NCBI GenBank assembly: GCA_903934015.1
Contig: CAIZMI010000015.1
Coordinates: forward strand, 424 to 64,423
Direction of reading: 5' to 3'
DNA: 64,000 bases
Origin: an uncultured bacterium
Lineage (GTDB): Bacteria > Patescibacteriota > Andersenbacteria > UBA10190 > CAIZMI01
In this document: piece after piece, positions 1 to 14,381 of the stretch
Layout of the letters: each line of letters opens with the position of its first letter
How positions within the stretch are numbered: the stretch's first letter is position 1
Translations under genes and position numbers: made by a program
The notes under the pieces: generated by a model
What the model saw: only the letters and a program-made list of their open reading frames with translations
Database searches by the model: none
What the model was told of the DNA's origin: nothing

Positions 1-394
1 CGGTCACTTCGCTAGCGGAACCGTAACCATAAGCGTTCAACAGCAAGCGCTGTGGCAGCCCGTCTGGGCGCTGAACTATGTCGGTCATCATGAACTTGAG
101 GTGCTTCCATTTCTGAAAACAGCGCTCCTCGATGTGTATGATCGAGGCCTCTTCATTGGTGGTCGTGGGCCAGTTGCTCTGACTGACGTCGATGGTCCGT
201 TTTGCTACAGTAATCATGCAGAAAACGGTCATATCGGGGAAGTGGAGCCATCACAAGGATCACATCGCGGCTGTGACTTCGCTGCGTTTCACGGGTTCGA
301 ACAGATACGTAATCTGGGGGGCAAGGAAGAAATTCGTGGTAGATGCCAGTATCACGGCGGTCTCCTTGTGCCAAAGGATGCTATTGATCCGTGA
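1..394 (+). CDS. DUF5680-like protein, 5'-truncated by the window edge
   Basis: Frame 2 is open from base 2. WALNYVG...FLKTAL...GGRGP...FHGFEQI...YHGG matches the DUF5680 pattern as I recall it. Confidence 0.6.
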   Translation, partial: GHFASGTVTISVQQQALWQPVWALNYVGHHELEVLPFLKTALLDVYDRGLFIGGRGPVALTDVDGPFCYSNHAENGHIGEVEPSQGSHRGCDFAAFHGFEQIRNLGGKEEIRGRCQYHGGLLVPKDAIDP

Positions 395-424
395 GTCCAC
401 CGGCCAGTAGTCAATCGTCGTCTT

Positions 425-451
425 CCGCCTGCTCGTCCAGGCGGTTTTTTT
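425..451 (+). terminator. Rho-independent terminator
   Basis: CCGCCTG-ctcgtc-CAGGCGG followed by T7. Confidence 0.75.
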
Positions 452-530
452 ATAATGGCTTCAGAAAGAAAAACAATTCTGCTGGTTTGTCGTCCGTTCT
501 TTTCCGAAGTATATTACCATTACGGCACTA

Positions 531-559
531 TTGACAAAAGTTTTCCGCGGGTGTATAAT
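531..559 (+). promoter_or_regulatory. Consensus sigma70 promoter
   Basis: TTGACA (531-536), 17-nt spacer, TATAAT (554-559). Confidence 0.8.
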
Positions 560-688
560 AATACGTCAAATAGGTCGGGCACGTTCTGTTTTTCTCCTTG
601 TTTCGCTAAGGATGGCGGAATGAAGACGGAAAACAGGGAGGTTCTTTAACAAATTGTGTTTCGTTTCTCTTTTTGGGAGGAAGGTCGA

Positions 689-5264
<4,576 letters not shown>

Positions 5265-5323
5265 TAATCGTTCACGATTGGGCTTCTTACTTAGAAATGT
5301 TTTTGTTGTGTTATCATATGATG

Positions 5324-7075
5324 ATGATTCAGCAACAAGATAAAAAAACAACAAATGAGCCAATTAAGCCACCCGTTGTGAATAATTCTACTCCTCAAGC
5401 GAAGGTGTTTTCTGATATTGTTCCGGAAGCTGAAAAAAGTCTTTTGATAAAACCGAACGACCAGCTTTTGAATGTAAATGATCAGCCTAAAGAAAATATT
5501 GAGGAAGTGAAGCAAGTAAACGATTTTAATGTACTAACAGCCGCGCCAGTAGTTGTCGCTAATAATGATGGCGCCAACTCGATATTGCTGGGAATGGAAG
5601 ATAAAAAACCATTTAATTGGTTTTTTATTTTTACGCCTATTCTTTTATTGACATTCGCTGGTTTTGCCGTGGCCTTTTATGGTGGATTTTTGCCGTGGCC
5701 TTTTTGGGGTTTAACACAGCAACAGGTTATAGAAAAAATGTTTGATACGATTCCAAGTATTCGTTCTGGTCGATATGGGATAGACATTAATTTTAAATCT
5801 GAAACGAGGCAATCGGGAGTAAAAGGATATGATTTATCGTCGATGTTGGGTGGTGTTGGAAATAATGTTGTTGCAACCGGGGCGGTGGCAAGAGATGAAG
5901 CACGTTTTAACGCCATCAGCGGTATAGAGAATGCATTAGATTTATATAAAAAAGAGAATGGTAAATATCCGCAGTTTCTGAATGATATAAGAATAAATAA
6001 CCCGGAATTATTACTGGATCCAGCTACAAAAAATCAGTATGGTTATAGACAAGAGAAAGGTGGTACCGATTTTACGTTGCATGTGCAGATGGAAACCAAT
6101 CAGGGAATTAACAGTTATCGTACTGCTGTCTTAGTAATTCCGTCCGCTACTTTGCAAACAAACGAAGACAAGTTGGCGGTTGTGCATGCCGATACGCCAA
6201 AAATAAAAAAACAAAGTATTGTTTCTGTTGTTGACGGGGTAAAACCGGCTTATGATCCGACAATTGTTCTTCAAAATTTACCATCAGAAATTGATGCCAG
6301 CCTTCGTTTTGCAGGCTTGGCGCAGTTGGAGAATTCAAATGGCGATGCGTTAGTTGATATTGATGGAAGTTTAAAATTAAGTGGGATGAGTTTTTCTGCC
6401 GGATTTGGTGTAATAAAGAAGGGTGGTATGACATATGGAAAAGTGAAGGAAGCACCTTCCCTTGGTTTTTTTGATTTGGCGGGGATTAAGAATAAATGGA
6501 TAAAACTGGAAATGGCTGATTTGAATAAGGTTGGGTTTGTTAATGCGGAGCAGAAACTGCGACAAGAAAATCAAACAAAATATTTGTTAATTGCAAAAAA
6601 GTATTTGCAAATTCTTAAAGAAGAAAAGGTGTTAAATGTTATAAAGGAGTTGCCAAAAGAAAAAAATAAAGATGGAACTTTCTATCGTTATTCAGTAAGT
6701 ATTGATAGTGATAAAACGGCTGTAATATATGAGCGGTTAAACGAAGAAATCAAGAACCAATTTGGTATTAATTACGATATCATCAGCGATGACTTTATTG
6801 CTTATATGCGTGGCCCAAAAGCGGCTACTGTTAACAAGCTTTCACAACAAAACTCGCAAATGGAAATTTGGATTGATGCGAAGAATTTTTGGCCATACAA
6901 ATTTATCTCAAATTCAGTATTTGTTCCACCGGATAATATTGAAAAATTAAAAGAAAAGCAGTATCGAGCGCAGGTGTCTTTTGATCTTTTTGACGTAAAT
7001 AAGCCGGTTGTGATTGAAGCTCCGGTTGACTCGATTTCGATCAGTGATGCTGAAAAATTGGTAGTTGGGAAATAA
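5324..7075 (+). CDS. Membrane-anchored hypothetical protein with an internal pilin/GspG-like segment
   Basis: One TM helix; ARDEARFNAISGIENALDLYKKENGKYP...DPATKNQYGY resembles a pseudopilin head; start chosen from an upstream extended -10. Confidence 0.65.
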   Translation: MIQQQDKKTTNEPIKPPVVNNSTPQAKVFSDIVPEAEKSLLIKPNDQLLNVNDQPKENIEEVKQVNDFNVLTAAPVVVANNDGANSILLGMEDKKPFNWFFIFTPILLLTFAGFAVAFYGGFLPWPFWGLTQQQVIEKMFDTIPSIRSGRYGIDINFKSETRQSGVKGYDLSSMLGGVGNNVVATGAVARDEARFNAISGIENALDLYKKENGKYPQFLNDIRINNPELLLDPATKNQYGYRQEKGGTDFTLHVQMETNQGINSYRTAVLVIPSATLQTNEDKLAVVHADTPKIKKQSIVSVVDGVKPAYDPTIVLQNLPSEIDASLRFAGLAQLENSNGDALVDIDGSLKLSGMSFSAGFGVIKKGGMTYGKVKEAPSLGFFDLAGIKNKWIKLEMADLNKVGFVNAEQKLRQENQTKYLLIAKKYLQILKEEKVLNVIKELPKEKNKDGTFYRYSVSIDSDKTAVIYERLNEEIKNQFGINYDIISDDFIAYMRGPKAATVNKLSQQNSQMEIWIDAKNFWPYKFISNSVFVPPDNIEKLKEKQYRAQVSFDLFDVNKPVVIEAPVDSISISDAEKLVVGK

Positions 7076-7134
7076 ATAATACGTTTTGGACATGAGGGTC
7101 ATTTTTGGCGGGTGAGCAGTTATTCTTTCGTTGT

Positions 7135-7163
7135 TTGACGCTTTATACCATGTCTGTTATTAT
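7135..7163 (+). promoter_or_regulatory. sigma70 promoter for secE-nusG-rplKA
   Basis: TTGACG, 17-nt spacer, TATTAT. Confidence 0.6.
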
Positions 7164-7222
7164 CCTTGTGAGGACCTGTCGACGCGCAATGCTAATTATT
7201 ACCCCGGCGGGCCGAGCACACT

Positions 7223-7438
7223 ATGAATTATCTATCAAATATCACTAAACTCCCCCAAGGAGTGGTGTCCTATATTCGTGATTCACGAACGGAATTAAAG
7301 AACGTCCAATGGCCCACCAGGGCGGAGACGGTTCGTTATACGATTTTGATTTTAGCCGTATCGCTCGCCGTGGCTATTGCTACCGGTGCAGTTGATGCCG
7401 GTTTGACCTATATTATTCAAAAATTCGTCCTTAAATAA
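7223..7438 (+). CDS. secE: Preprotein translocase SecE
   Basis: ELKNVQWPTRAET motif, one TM, upstream of nusG. Confidence 0.93.
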   Translation: MNYLSNITKLPQGVVSYIRDSRTELKNVQWPTRAETVRYTILILAVSLAVAIATGAVDAGLTYIIQKFVLK

Positions 7439-7444
7439 TAAAAG

Positions 7445-7990
7445 ATGCCTAAACAGATATCTAGCGGAGAAAAATCTTGGTTCGTTCTTCACACTTATTC
7501 CGGTTATGAGGATAATGTTGCGCGCAACCTAAAACAGCGTATTGAATCCATGGGAATGGAAGATAAGATTTTTAACGTGCTTGTACCACGCGAGAAGAAA
7601 ATCAAGATCAAGAACGGAAAGCGTCGCACTGTTGAAGAGCGTCTTTTTCCTGGTTACGTAATGGTGGAAATGATTGTGACGGATGACTCTTGGTATGTTG
7701 TGCGAAATACTCCAAACGTGACCGGTTTCGTCGGCTCTGGTACTACGCCAACCCCTGTTTCCGAAGATGAAATGAAGCATCTCATGGAACGCATGGGTCA
7801 GGATGAGCCGAAATATACGATGGACATCAAGATTGGCGAAGCGGTTAAAATTATCGACGGGCCGTTTAAGGAATTTGATGGAAAAATTTCCGAGGTTAAT
7901 GAGCAAAAAGGCAAGATCAAGGTATTGGTTAACATGTTCGGTCGTGAAACGCCAATCGAGCTTGATTTTCTTCAAGTTAAGAAAGTCTGA
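7445..7990 (+). CDS. nusG: Transcription termination/antitermination factor NusG
   Basis: WFVLHTYSGYE, FPGYV, VRNTPNVTGFVG, KOW motif GPFKEF, MFGRETP. Confidence 0.98.
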   Translation: MPKQISSGEKSWFVLHTYSGYEDNVARNLKQRIESMGMEDKIFNVLVPREKKIKIKNGKRRTVEERLFPGYVMVEMIVTDDSWYVVRNTPNVTGFVGSGTTPTPVSEDEMKHLMERMGQDEPKYTMDIKIGEAVKIIDGPFKEFDGKISEVNEQKGKIKVLVNMFGRETPIELDFLQVKKV

Positions 7991-8037
7991 GAAGGACTGG
8001 ACAATTTTCACTCGATATTCTAAATTAACTCATCTAT

Positions 8038-8460
8038 ATGGCTAAAGAAATAGTAACAAACGTTAAGCTTCAGATCGCCGGTGGTCGTGCTAATCCTGCG
8101 CCTCCTGTTGGTACCGCGCTCGGGCCTCATGGTATTAATATTCAGGATTTTTGCGCTAAGTTTAATGAAAAGACCAAAGAAAAGAATGGGGAAGTAACTC
8201 CGGTAATCGTTACTATCTACAAAGATCGTTCATTTACGTTTGTTTTAAAAACCCCTCCCGCTGCGGAACTTTTGAAAAAGGCCGCTAAGGTTGAAAAAGG
8301 TTCCGGTGAACCGAACAAGAACAAGGTTGGTTCGGTAACCAAAGAGCAGGTTCGTGCGATTGCTGAACAAAAAATGGAAGACTTGAACGCTTTTGATGTT
8401 GATCAGGCAATGAAGATGGTGGAAGGTACAGCGCGTTCAATGGGAATTTTAGTTAAATAA
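8038..8460 (+). CDS. rplK: 50S ribosomal protein L11
   Basis: [25 protein letters not shown]. Confidence 0.98.
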   Translation: MAKEIVTNVKLQIAGGRANPAPPVGTALGPHGINIQDFCAKFNEKTKEKNGEVTPVIVTIYKDRSFTFVLKTPPAAELLKKAAKVEKGSGEPNKNKVGSVTKEQVRAIAEQKMEDLNAFDVDQAMKMVEGTARSMGILVK

Positions 8461-8476
8461 TTTTTGAACTATTAAT

Positions 8477-9154
8477 ATGACTGGAAAGAGAACAACTGAA
8501 ATCGAAAAAACAAAACCGACGACAACTGTTTCCATTAAAGAAGCGGCCGTGTTTGTAAAAGAACACGCTAAAGCAAAGTTTGATGAAACAGTGGAAATTC
8601 ACATGCACCTTGGTGTGGACGCAAAGCAGTCCGACCAAACCGTTCGTGGTACGGTTTCTTTGCCTCACGGTTCACCACGTTCAATCAAAGTGGCTGTGTT
8701 TACAGAAAACCCGGTTTTGCAAGAAAAAGCCAAAGAAGCCGGTGCTGATATTGTTGGTGGCGTGGAATTGGTAAACGAAATCGCGGCTAAGAAATCTTTC
8801 GCCGCTGACGTTGCTGTTACAACCCCGGACATGATGAAAGAGCTCGCGAAGATTGCGAAAGTACTCGGTCCTCGTGGACTTATGCCAAACCCAAAAACAA
8901 GCACAATTGGTCCCGATCCGGCTGTACTTGTTAAGTCATTGAAGGCTGGTAAAGTAAGTTTCAAAATGGACGAATCAGCCAACATTCATGTTGGTGTCGC
9001 CAAAGCTTCATGGGATGCGGACAAAATTGCCGATAACGCACGCGCGGTAGTAGATGCCGTCCGCCAAGCCCGCCCGCAAACAGCGAAGGGTGAATACATT
9101 TTGTCAGGGACTCTCACTACAACTATGGGCGTTGGATTAAAAGTCCAATTATAA
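8477..9154 (+). CDS. rplA: 50S ribosomal protein L1
   Basis: KFDETVE, VRGTVSLPHG, LGPRGLMPNPK. Confidence 0.98.
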   Translation: MTGKRTTEIEKTKPTTTVSIKEAAVFVKEHAKAKFDETVEIHMHLGVDAKQSDQTVRGTVSLPHGSPRSIKVAVFTENPVLQEKAKEAGADIVGGVELVNEIAAKKSFAADVAVTTPDMMKELAKIAKVLGPRGLMPNPKTSTIGPDPAVLVKSLKAGKVSFKMDESANIHVGVAKASWDADKIADNARAVVDAVRQARPQTAKGEYILSGTLTTTMGVGLKVQL

Positions 9155-9170
9155 TAATTTCTTGAATTTT

Positions 9171-9198
9171 AAAAACACCCGCGCAAGCGGGTGTTTTT
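9171..9198 (+). terminator. Rho-independent terminator (bidirectional type)
   Basis: AAAAACACCCGC-GCAA-GCGGGTGTTTTT. Confidence 0.85.
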
Positions 9199-9202
9199 CG
9201 TT

Positions 9203-9229
9203 TCGTAGGGGAGCACGTCCCCGTGCTCC
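9203..9229 (+). repeat. GTAG-type REP-like palindrome, copy 1
   Basis: TCGTAGGGGAGCACGTCCCCGTGCTCC, identical to 9990-10016. Confidence 0.8.
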
Positions 9230-9261
9230 CGCGTTTCCGTGAAATAAAAAAGACCCACATG

Positions 9262-9897
9262 TTATCGGGTCTCGAAGTTGACTTGTGTGCCAGTCAACGA
9301 AGCGTAGGTCAGTGCCAGTGCGCGCATGATGCGTAGTTTTTGGGTCAAGACCTCTTGGATGATTCGGAAAGCACTGTTTTCGTCCCTTGGCTCAATTCCA
9401 GAAAGAGGAATCAGGCTGTGAGCATGTTCGGTGACCGTTTTGGTTCGACAACGAACCCGAAACAGATTTGAACCATTGTCTTCGGTGTCGACGACACCGA
9501 CATCCGGGTTTGCGCACACTTCGCCAGGAACAACTATTGTAAACGCTCCTAAGTCCGGCTTTATTTTCTGAGCGTTTTCTTTTCCAAAGAAGGCACTTAG
9601 AAATGAATCATTTACGCGAAGATGTTCTTCGACTGTGACGACGTGTTTCAACATTGCATCAATCAAAGAAGGGCGCTTCTTTTGCATGAATTCTGGCAGG
9701 CTTAATCCCCGAGTGTCCCAATCCCACATATCGAGTCTTGAAATTTCGTGAGTTGAAACTCTTACCGATGCTTTTTCAAACTCGACCCAAGTTGAACCAT
9801 CTTTGTCTGAACTATGCAGAAATCCGATTCGATCTTCGAAGGGTGGCCTATCTCCAATAAAGATAACAACATTTGTTCGTTCCGCGGCTTCGCTCAT
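9262..9897 (-). CDS. Hypothetical protein (orphan)
   Basis: 211-aa ORF with AAGGA SD and an upstream TTGACT-16-TACAAT promoter. Confidence 0.65.
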   Translation of the reverse strand: MSEAAERTNVVIFIGDRPPFEDRIGFLHSSDKDGSTWVEFEKASVRVSTHEISRLDMWDWDTRGLSLPEFMQKKRPSLIDAMLKHVVTVEEHLRVNDSFLSAFFGKENAQKIKPDLGAFTIVVPGEVCANPDVGVVDTEDNGSNLFRVRCRTKTVTEHAHSLIPLSGIEPRDENSAFRIIQEVLTQKLRIMRALALTYASLTGTQVNFETR

Positions 9898-9989
9898 CAG
9901 GTATTCCTTGTGTTGGGTTTTAAATGAACCTTAAAGAACTGCTCATTGTATGGTTATTGTGAATTAAGTCAAATTATCTAGGGTCGTCA

Positions 9990-10016
9990 TCGTAGGGGAG
10001 CACGTCCCCGTGCTCC
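9990..10016 (+). repeat. GTAG-type REP-like palindrome, copy 2
   Basis: Identical to 9203-9229. Confidence 0.8.
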
Positions 10017-10021
10017 TGTTT

Positions 10022-10129
10022 CACTTCCGAGGTGGCGCTTCAGCGCTTCCTCGGAAGTGGTGTTGGTTAGCGACGAACGAACCAAAACCACCTCGCAGGA
10101 GGAGCAAGCGCGCTCCACCTCCGAGGTGG
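10022..10129. repeat. Pair of CACYTCCGAGGTGG-type palindromes
   Basis: CACTTCCGAGG...CCTCGGAAGTG and CACCTCG...CACCTCCGAGGTGG. Confidence 0.6.
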
Positions 10130-10161
10130 TCACGTGTTAAGTTTTTTAGTAATATAAATCC

Positions 10162-10881
10162 ATGCACAAAGGTTTATTGCTAGTCAACGAAGGCCCCGAT
10201 GGTTCGGGAAAAGAAACGCAGACACGCTTACTTTGCGAGTATTTGGAAGGGGAAGGGTATAATCTCGTAAAATTTTCGTTTCCTACTTACAAGCAAGATC
10301 CGGTGGCGGACTTGATTCGTTTTATGTTGCACGAGGCCAAGGATGATTGGAATACGCGCGATTGGCGTTCTAAAGCGGTTTTGTATTCATCGAATCGTTT
10401 ACGCTTCGCGCCAGAGATGCGAGAAGCACTAGAAATTCCAGGAAATGTCGTTGTGTGTGATCGTTTTGTTTCTAGTAATCAGGGCCACATGGGGGCGCTT
10501 ACGGAAGACCTGACCGAAAGGTTGCAACGCTATGCTTGGATTGATCATTTGGAATTTGAAATGATGGGATTACCAAGGCCGGACGTGGTTTTGTTGCACA
10601 CAATGCCCAGTAAAATGCGGGCGGCGCTTCTGATGAAACGCGAAAACGGTAAGCCGGACGCGCACGAAGGAAACTCGGCATATTTGGATCGTGTGGAACA
10701 AAGTTATTATGAATTGATGGATTTTTACCCCGAAGTTTGGCGTCATATTCCCGCGGATATGGATGGGCGATTGCAAACGCCGGAAGAAGTGCATGAGAGG
10801 GTAAGGGAAGCATTGATTGAACATCCAAAGTGGCAGGAATTTGTTGGGCAAAGAGAAAAGGAAGTATCCTGGGTTATTTGA
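10162..10881 (+). CDS. tmk: Thymidylate kinase
   Basis: EGPDGSGKETQ P-loop, SFPTY, VVCDRF, LPRPD. Confidence 0.92.
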   Translation: MHKGLLLVNEGPDGSGKETQTRLLCEYLEGEGYNLVKFSFPTYKQDPVADLIRFMLHEAKDDWNTRDWRSKAVLYSSNRLRFAPEMREALEIPGNVVVCDRFVSSNQGHMGALTEDLTERLQRYAWIDHLEFEMMGLPRPDVVLLHTMPSKMRAALLMKRENGKPDAHEGNSAYLDRVEQSYYELMDFYPEVWRHIPADMDGRLQTPEEVHERVREALIEHPKWQEFVGQREKEVSWVI

Positions 10882-10937
10882 AAAAGACTGGCATGAGGCA
10901 ATGTGACAAACCTGTCATTTTCTTTTAATCTGACCAT

Positions 10938-12422
10938 ATGAATCTCGAACCAGTAATAGGCCTTGAAATCCACGTTCATCTCAACACCCAGTCAAAAATG
11001 TTCTGCGGGTGTAAGAACGTGTCTGAAGCGGAGGAGGCGAATCGTTTTGTTTGCCCAATTTGTATGGGTTTTCCGGGACAACTTCCGGTACTCAATGGAA
11101 AAGCGGTGGAGTGGGCAATCAAGGTGGGGCTGGCCTTAAACTGCAAAATTGCCTCACATACGACATTTTCCCGCAAAAGCTACTTCTATCCCGATTTGCC
11201 AAAAGGTTATCAGATTTCGCAATATGACGAGCCAATTTGCTATGAAGGAAAAGTAAAAGTATTTGTGAGCAATGAGGAAAAGGAAATTGGGATTACACGT
11301 GCGCACATGGAAGAAGATGCGGCGAAGAATATTCATGACGGTGGAACACTGGTTGATTACACACGCTCCGGGACCCCGTTGGTAGAAATTGTGACTGAAC
11401 CGGACATTAAAACACCGCAAGAAGCAAAAATCTTTTTGGAAGACCTGCAACGCACCATTCGTTATATTGGTGTATCTAATGCGGATATGGAAAATGGCGA
11501 TCTTCGTGTTGACGCGAATATTTCGATGCGCGAAATAGGTGGGAAATTGAATCCCAAAACGGAGTGTAAAAATCTTAATTCTTTTAAGGCGGTGGAGCGT
11601 GCGTTAACTTATGAAATTGCGCGTCAGACCGAACTTTGGCAACAGGGAAATCCGCCAACAAAACAAAGCACACGTGGTTGGAACGATGCGACGCAAGAAA
11701 CAGTCGAACAGCGCGTGAAAGAAGACGAAGCTGATTATCGATATTTTCCGGAACCGGATATACCGCCACTAAAAATAGACGAAGAATTAATTCAACGAAT
11801 GCGTGAAGCATTACCCGAATTACCGCATGAAAAAGAAGCGCGTTTTATCAGTCAGTTCCAACTCCCAGATGAGCAAGTTAGAATAATGGTGGAAGACAGA
11901 ATGTTGGCCTCATATACTGAAAATGTTTTTTCAGAAATTTTGGCATGGAATGAACAGCGTTCAGATGTAGAAAAACGAGACAGTGTCCGTTTGTACAAGT
12001 TAGCCGCGAACTATTTATTGGGTGATTTTCGAAACATTCTTGCTGAAGAAAAAACTGATTTTAGTCATACAAAAATAAGTCCGGAAAATTTTGCGGAATT
12101 GATTGTGATGTTGCATCGCGCGGAAGTGAATCGTAATGCTATGCCGGAAGTTTTTCGCATTATGCAAAAAACAGGCGGTGACCCATCGAATATTGTTGCC
12201 GATAAAGGTTTGGGGCAAGTGAGCGATGATGATCAATTGCGCCGGATAGTTCAAGACATGTTGAACGCTAATCCTGCGGAAGTGGATAAGGCCCGTGCCG
12301 GTAAGGTGCAAGTAGTTCAATTTTTGATGGGTAAAGTGATGGCAGAAACAAAAGGTCGCGCCAATCCCCAAAAAGTACAGGAAATGATTCGCGTTGAATT
12401 AGGATTGACGATTAATGATTGA
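10938..12422 (+). CDS. gatB: Asp/Glu-tRNA amidotransferase subunit B
   Basis: IGLEIHVHL, YFYPDLPKGYQISQ, EIVTEPD, DYRYFPEPD, GRANP. Confidence 0.97.
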   Translation: MNLEPVIGLEIHVHLNTQSKMFCGCKNVSEAEEANRFVCPICMGFPGQLPVLNGKAVEWAIKVGLALNCKIASHTTFSRKSYFYPDLPKGYQISQYDEPICYEGKVKVFVSNEEKEIGITRAHMEEDAAKNIHDGGTLVDYTRSGTPLVEIVTEPDIKTPQEAKIFLEDLQRTIRYIGVSNADMENGDLRVDANISMREIGGKLNPKTECKNLNSFKAVERALTYEIARQTELWQQGNPPTKQSTRGWNDATQETVEQRVKEDEADYRYFPEPDIPPLKIDEELIQRMREALPELPHEKEARFISQFQLPDEQVRIMVEDRMLASYTENVFSEILAWNEQRSDVEKRDSVRLYKLAANYLLGDFRNILAEEKTDFSHTKISPENFAELIVMLHRAEVNRNAMPEVFRIMQKTGGDPSNIVADKGLGQVSDDDQLRRIVQDMLNANPAEVDKARAGKVQVVQFLMGKVMAETKGRANPQKVQEMIRVELGLTIND

Positions 12423-12534
12423 TGAATCGACGGCGCGAAACGTTCGTCCTTCATAAATCATAAATCGTATATCATAATCACGTCTCTCTCTTGCCAAAAA
12501 TCCGTATCCGTGATATTTAAATATGACGGTTGTT
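12415..12534 (+). repeat. 120-bp direct repeat, copy 1 (upstream of TPR gene 1)
   Basis: One mismatch against 13435-13554; offset 1020 bp. Confidence 0.95.
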
Positions 12535-12581
12535 ATTGGGCACTGTGTTTGAAACGAGTCCTTTTTCATGGGAGATAGGTC

Positions 12582-13343
12582 ATGTCGGACGAGAACAAGT
12601 ATGCTATCGTAAAGAATCTTTACGACAAAGGCAACTACATTTTGGCTTTACGTCAGTTGGAGACCTATGCGACTGTTGACGGTTTTGCCAACGAGGATTT
12701 TGCTTGGGCTGGTTGGTGTAACTTTCGGTTAGGAAATCTGGCAGAGGCAGTCGAAGTGCTGCATCGTGTCACTGATAATAACCAAAGAGCGTTGCTTTGC
12801 AAAGCATATGTGTTAGCGGATTGCCGGTATGAAAGTGTCAGCAAAACGGAAGTACATGAGACTCTGGCAAGGATTAGTGATTTTGTTGTGATTGCACGAG
12901 CTTTCATTGATTTTGCACGTGATCCGAACAATGTCTTCTGGCGAGATAACAACACGATGTTGGCTCACGTTTCTGTGTTAGCTCCGGATGAGGGGGTCGA
13001 AGTTGGCCACCTGTTCCGTGATGCCTCGCGGGTATGTGCGGATAATGCAACTACAAGTGCCGATTTCTTTATTGCTCTTGGGCTACTTGAAATCGCAATC
13101 ATGAAGTACGGCATCGCAGACGAAAACGCGCACCACCGGGCCGAAGCGCTGTTTTGGAAGAGTAAGGTGATGGAAGTCGTCGGTGACGTTCCTTCGGCTT
13201 ACCAAGTTGCAAATAAATCAGCTAAGTTGTGGTTGATAGCAATTCAGCATGATCCGCAAAATGAGGGATATAGGGATTGTCGTGTAGGTGTCATTGGACA
13301 CGCTTTACGGCTCGAACGACTCGTACAGCAAGCAACTAAGTGA
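12582..13343 (+). CDS. TPR-like helical repeat protein, paralog 1
   Basis: GGGAG SD; WAGWCNFRLG...EA TPR-like pattern; paralog of 13601-14368. Confidence 0.7.
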   Translation: MSDENKYAIVKNLYDKGNYILALRQLETYATVDGFANEDFAWAGWCNFRLGNLAEAVEVLHRVTDNNQRALLCKAYVLADCRYESVSKTEVHETLARISDFVVIARAFIDFARDPNNVFWRDNNTMLAHVSVLAPDEGVEVGHLFRDASRVCADNATTSADFFIALGLLEIAIMKYGIADENAHHRAEALFWKSKVMEVVGDVPSAYQVANKSAKLWLIAIQHDPQNEGYRDCRVGVIGHALRLERLVQQATK

Positions 13344-13380
13344 GGGCGGTATCGCTCTGTCCACAAGATCGACATTTAGT

Positions 13381-13411
13381 CACCATCAGCAACCAACGCT
13401 GGTGGTTTTTT
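13381..13411 (+). terminator. Rho-independent terminator
   Basis: CCATCAGC...GCTGGTGG followed by T7. Confidence 0.7.
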
Positions 13412-13434
13412 ATATGAATGACGAATAATGAATG

Positions 13435-13554
13435 ATGATTGATGAATCGACGGCGCGAAACATTCGTCCTTCATAAATCATAAATCGTATATCATAATCA
13501 CGTCTCTCTCTTGCCAAAAATCCGTATCCGTGATATTTAAATATGACGGTTGTT
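13435..13554 (+). repeat. 120-bp direct repeat, copy 2 (upstream of TPR gene 2)
   Basis: Near-identical to 12415-12534. Confidence 0.95.
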
Positions 13555-13600
13555 TGGATGTTTACGGTCGAAACGTGTTCATTTTCACGGGAGAATAATC

Positions 13601-14368
13601 ATGTCGGACGAGAACAAATTTGCCGAAATCGAACGGCTTTTTAACGAAAAAGATTATGCCGGCGCTTTGTCACAGTTGGAAGTGCTGATGGCCGGTGGTC
13701 AAAATCCAATAAGTGAAGCGCTTGGTTGGGCAGCCTGGTGTCATTATCGACTCGGTCGTTTTACCGAAGCGATGAAAAACGCCGTAGCGGCGGGTGAAGA
13801 CCAGTGGGCATTGTTGTGTAAGTTGTACCTACTGGCGGATTATCGGTATGAATTGTCCGGTAGGGTGTTATGTAGTAATGAATCGGGAAGAATCATTGAC
13901 CGGTTGGCAGTTGCGCGCGCGTTTGTCGATTTTGCGGGTGATCAAAATTACCATTTTTGGAGAAACTATGATCCGATGTTGAATACCCTTCAGGCTATCA
14001 TTGGGCAGGAAGGGGTGGAGGTCGCCAATTTGTTCCGTGACGCGGCGCAGGTTTACATCGGTGACCCGCTGGGTCTTGAAAATGTCGCTATGGCATTGGG
14101 ACTTCTGGAGGTGGCGATGAGTAGGTACAAAATTGATTGTGATGGGAAGGGTAGCCATCACCTAGCCAATCTGTACCGCACGAAATCGGGGATTTTTGAG
14201 AAATTGGGCGATATTCGTGTGGCAGAAGAATGCGCTATTCAAGAAACTGCAGAATGGACCAAGGTCTTGTCTTTGGGCGGGCCGGATGCGGTTTTGGTCA
14301 AATTGAAACGTGATGAGGCTTGGGAAAACTTCGCCAGGCTCAGGAGAACGTCGTCGGTTCCCGCATGA
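13601..14368 (+). CDS. TPR-like helical repeat protein, paralog 2
   Basis: Starts MSDENK like paralog 1; shares ARAF.DFA.D, EGVEV..LFRDA and ALGLLE.A. Confidence 0.7.
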   Translation: MSDENKFAEIERLFNEKDYAGALSQLEVLMAGGQNPISEALGWAAWCHYRLGRFTEAMKNAVAAGEDQWALLCKLYLLADYRYELSGRVLCSNESGRIIDRLAVARAFVDFAGDQNYHFWRNYDPMLNTLQAIIGQEGVEVANLFRDAAQVYIGDPLGLENVAMALGLLEVAMSRYKIDCDGKGSHHLANLYRTKSGIFEKLGDIRVAEECAIQETAEWTKVLSLGGPDAVLVKLKRDEAWENFARLRRTSSVPA

Positions 14369-14381
14369 GGTATTAGTTGTA

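Noticed and set aside
12582-14368. Diversity-generating retroelement TR/VR pair
   Set aside because: There is no reverse transcriptase in the window, and the divergence covers the whole gene and is not adenine-specific.
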